Shown: piece after piece, positions 20,230 to 20,951 of the stretch
Position numbering within the stretch: position 1 is the first letter of the stretch
How the letters are laid out: each line of letters opens with the position of its first letter
Assembly (NCBI GenBank): GCA_000934665.2
Contig: JYFJ02001330.1
Location: 62,001-82,951 of the forward strand
Length of the DNA: 20,951 bases
Direction of reading: 5' to 3'
From: Catajapyx aquilonaris
Taxonomy: Eukaryota
The notes under the pieces: model-generated
Told to the model about the DNA's origin: nothing
Databases searched by the model: none
The model's input: the letters and a program-made list of their open reading frames with translations, nothing else
Translations under genes and position numbers: made by a program

Positions 20230-20951
20230 ACAGTACAAAATAATAGTAGCCTATATCCTGGAGCTATACAACCACCACTACATCAAAGAGTGTTGTTGGT
20301 TGCATACCACTAGGATACTCTTAGCAACCAATTTCAATGTCCATAATTAACGTGACTTGTCCATTTAAGGTAGCCCAACCCATCCTGTCAAGCTTTTCGA
20401 GAGACCCATTTACACTCTTGTGTTCAAGCACTTTGGATAAACTATTAAGATACAAAGTCTACTAAAAAGAGCCGGCCTCGCCATAAAACTAACAGCCTTT
20501 CACTCATTTTTTTCGCTAATAGTATTCACCAATAAATTCCATGTCAACATCTGATATCTCCGCTCTAAATCACTTGGCGTGGGATGTACTCTTTAAACAC
20601 ATACCAACCCAATTTCATTTCAGAGTGACGTAGCTGGAATTCTCCTTTCGCGCCCAAATCACGCACCCAGCACATGATTGCCCACCGATTCAACTTCAAT
20701 TTATTCAAGTTTACAAATCCTGAGTAGTGGACACTCTATCTATATCTATATATAATATGATTGAGAAAATGCATCTCCTAGAAGTCTCCCCGGTGGTTTC
20801 TGTGGCGTCGTGACGCCGTATGGAACTGGATGGGAGGCGTCCAAAGTCGCATATTGTTAGCTGCGCAATAACAGCTTGCAAATTGAAGCAATAAAAAAAG
20901 ACGTAAACTTTCCTTTAACACAAAAACAATATATTTTAATCCAGATACAGC

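Noticed and set aside
19280..20470. Possible further LGR exons (~19295-19354, ~20330-20460) and TTAA-GG element ends (19324, 20365)
   Set aside because: Translations lack LRR or LDLa consensus, and no matching opposite TIR was found.
1..20951. CRISPR arrays, tRNA/rRNA genes, prokaryotic operons or viral genes
   Set aside because: No regularly spaced repeats or recognisable RNA-gene signatures. The gene structure is spliceosomal.

Overview
Eukaryotic genomic DNA, most likely from an arthropod (55-65 nt GT-AG introns, DRE-like promoter motifs, arthropod-type LGR and Mdm genes). No prokaryotic, CRISPR, rRNA or tRNA features are visible. Left to right: (1) a decayed non-LTR retrotransposon (RT thumb + RNase H) with a nested TA-flanked MITE, inside an intron of (2) a minus-strand Mdm2/Mdm4-like gene that appears to lack the N-terminal p53-binding SWIB domain and whose RING exons lie left of the window; (3) a CCAAT/DRE promoter block, a possible SWIB-like relic and a broken C2H2 zinc-finger remnant; (4) RCAN/calcipressin (+, 4 coding exons); (5) protoporphyrinogen oxidase with an intronless CDS (-), head-to-head with (6) ZMPSTE24/Ste24 CAAX protease (+, 6 exons); (7) the 3' part of a relaxin-receptor-type LRR GPCR (-), with 8 LRRs, hinge and 7TM, two candidate alternative C-terminal tails, and three fold-back MITEs in its introns. 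I did not find a wholly new system. The most interesting leads are the alternative GPCR tails, the SWIB-less Mdm gene with a possible SWIB vestige upstream, and the nested and palindromic transposons.
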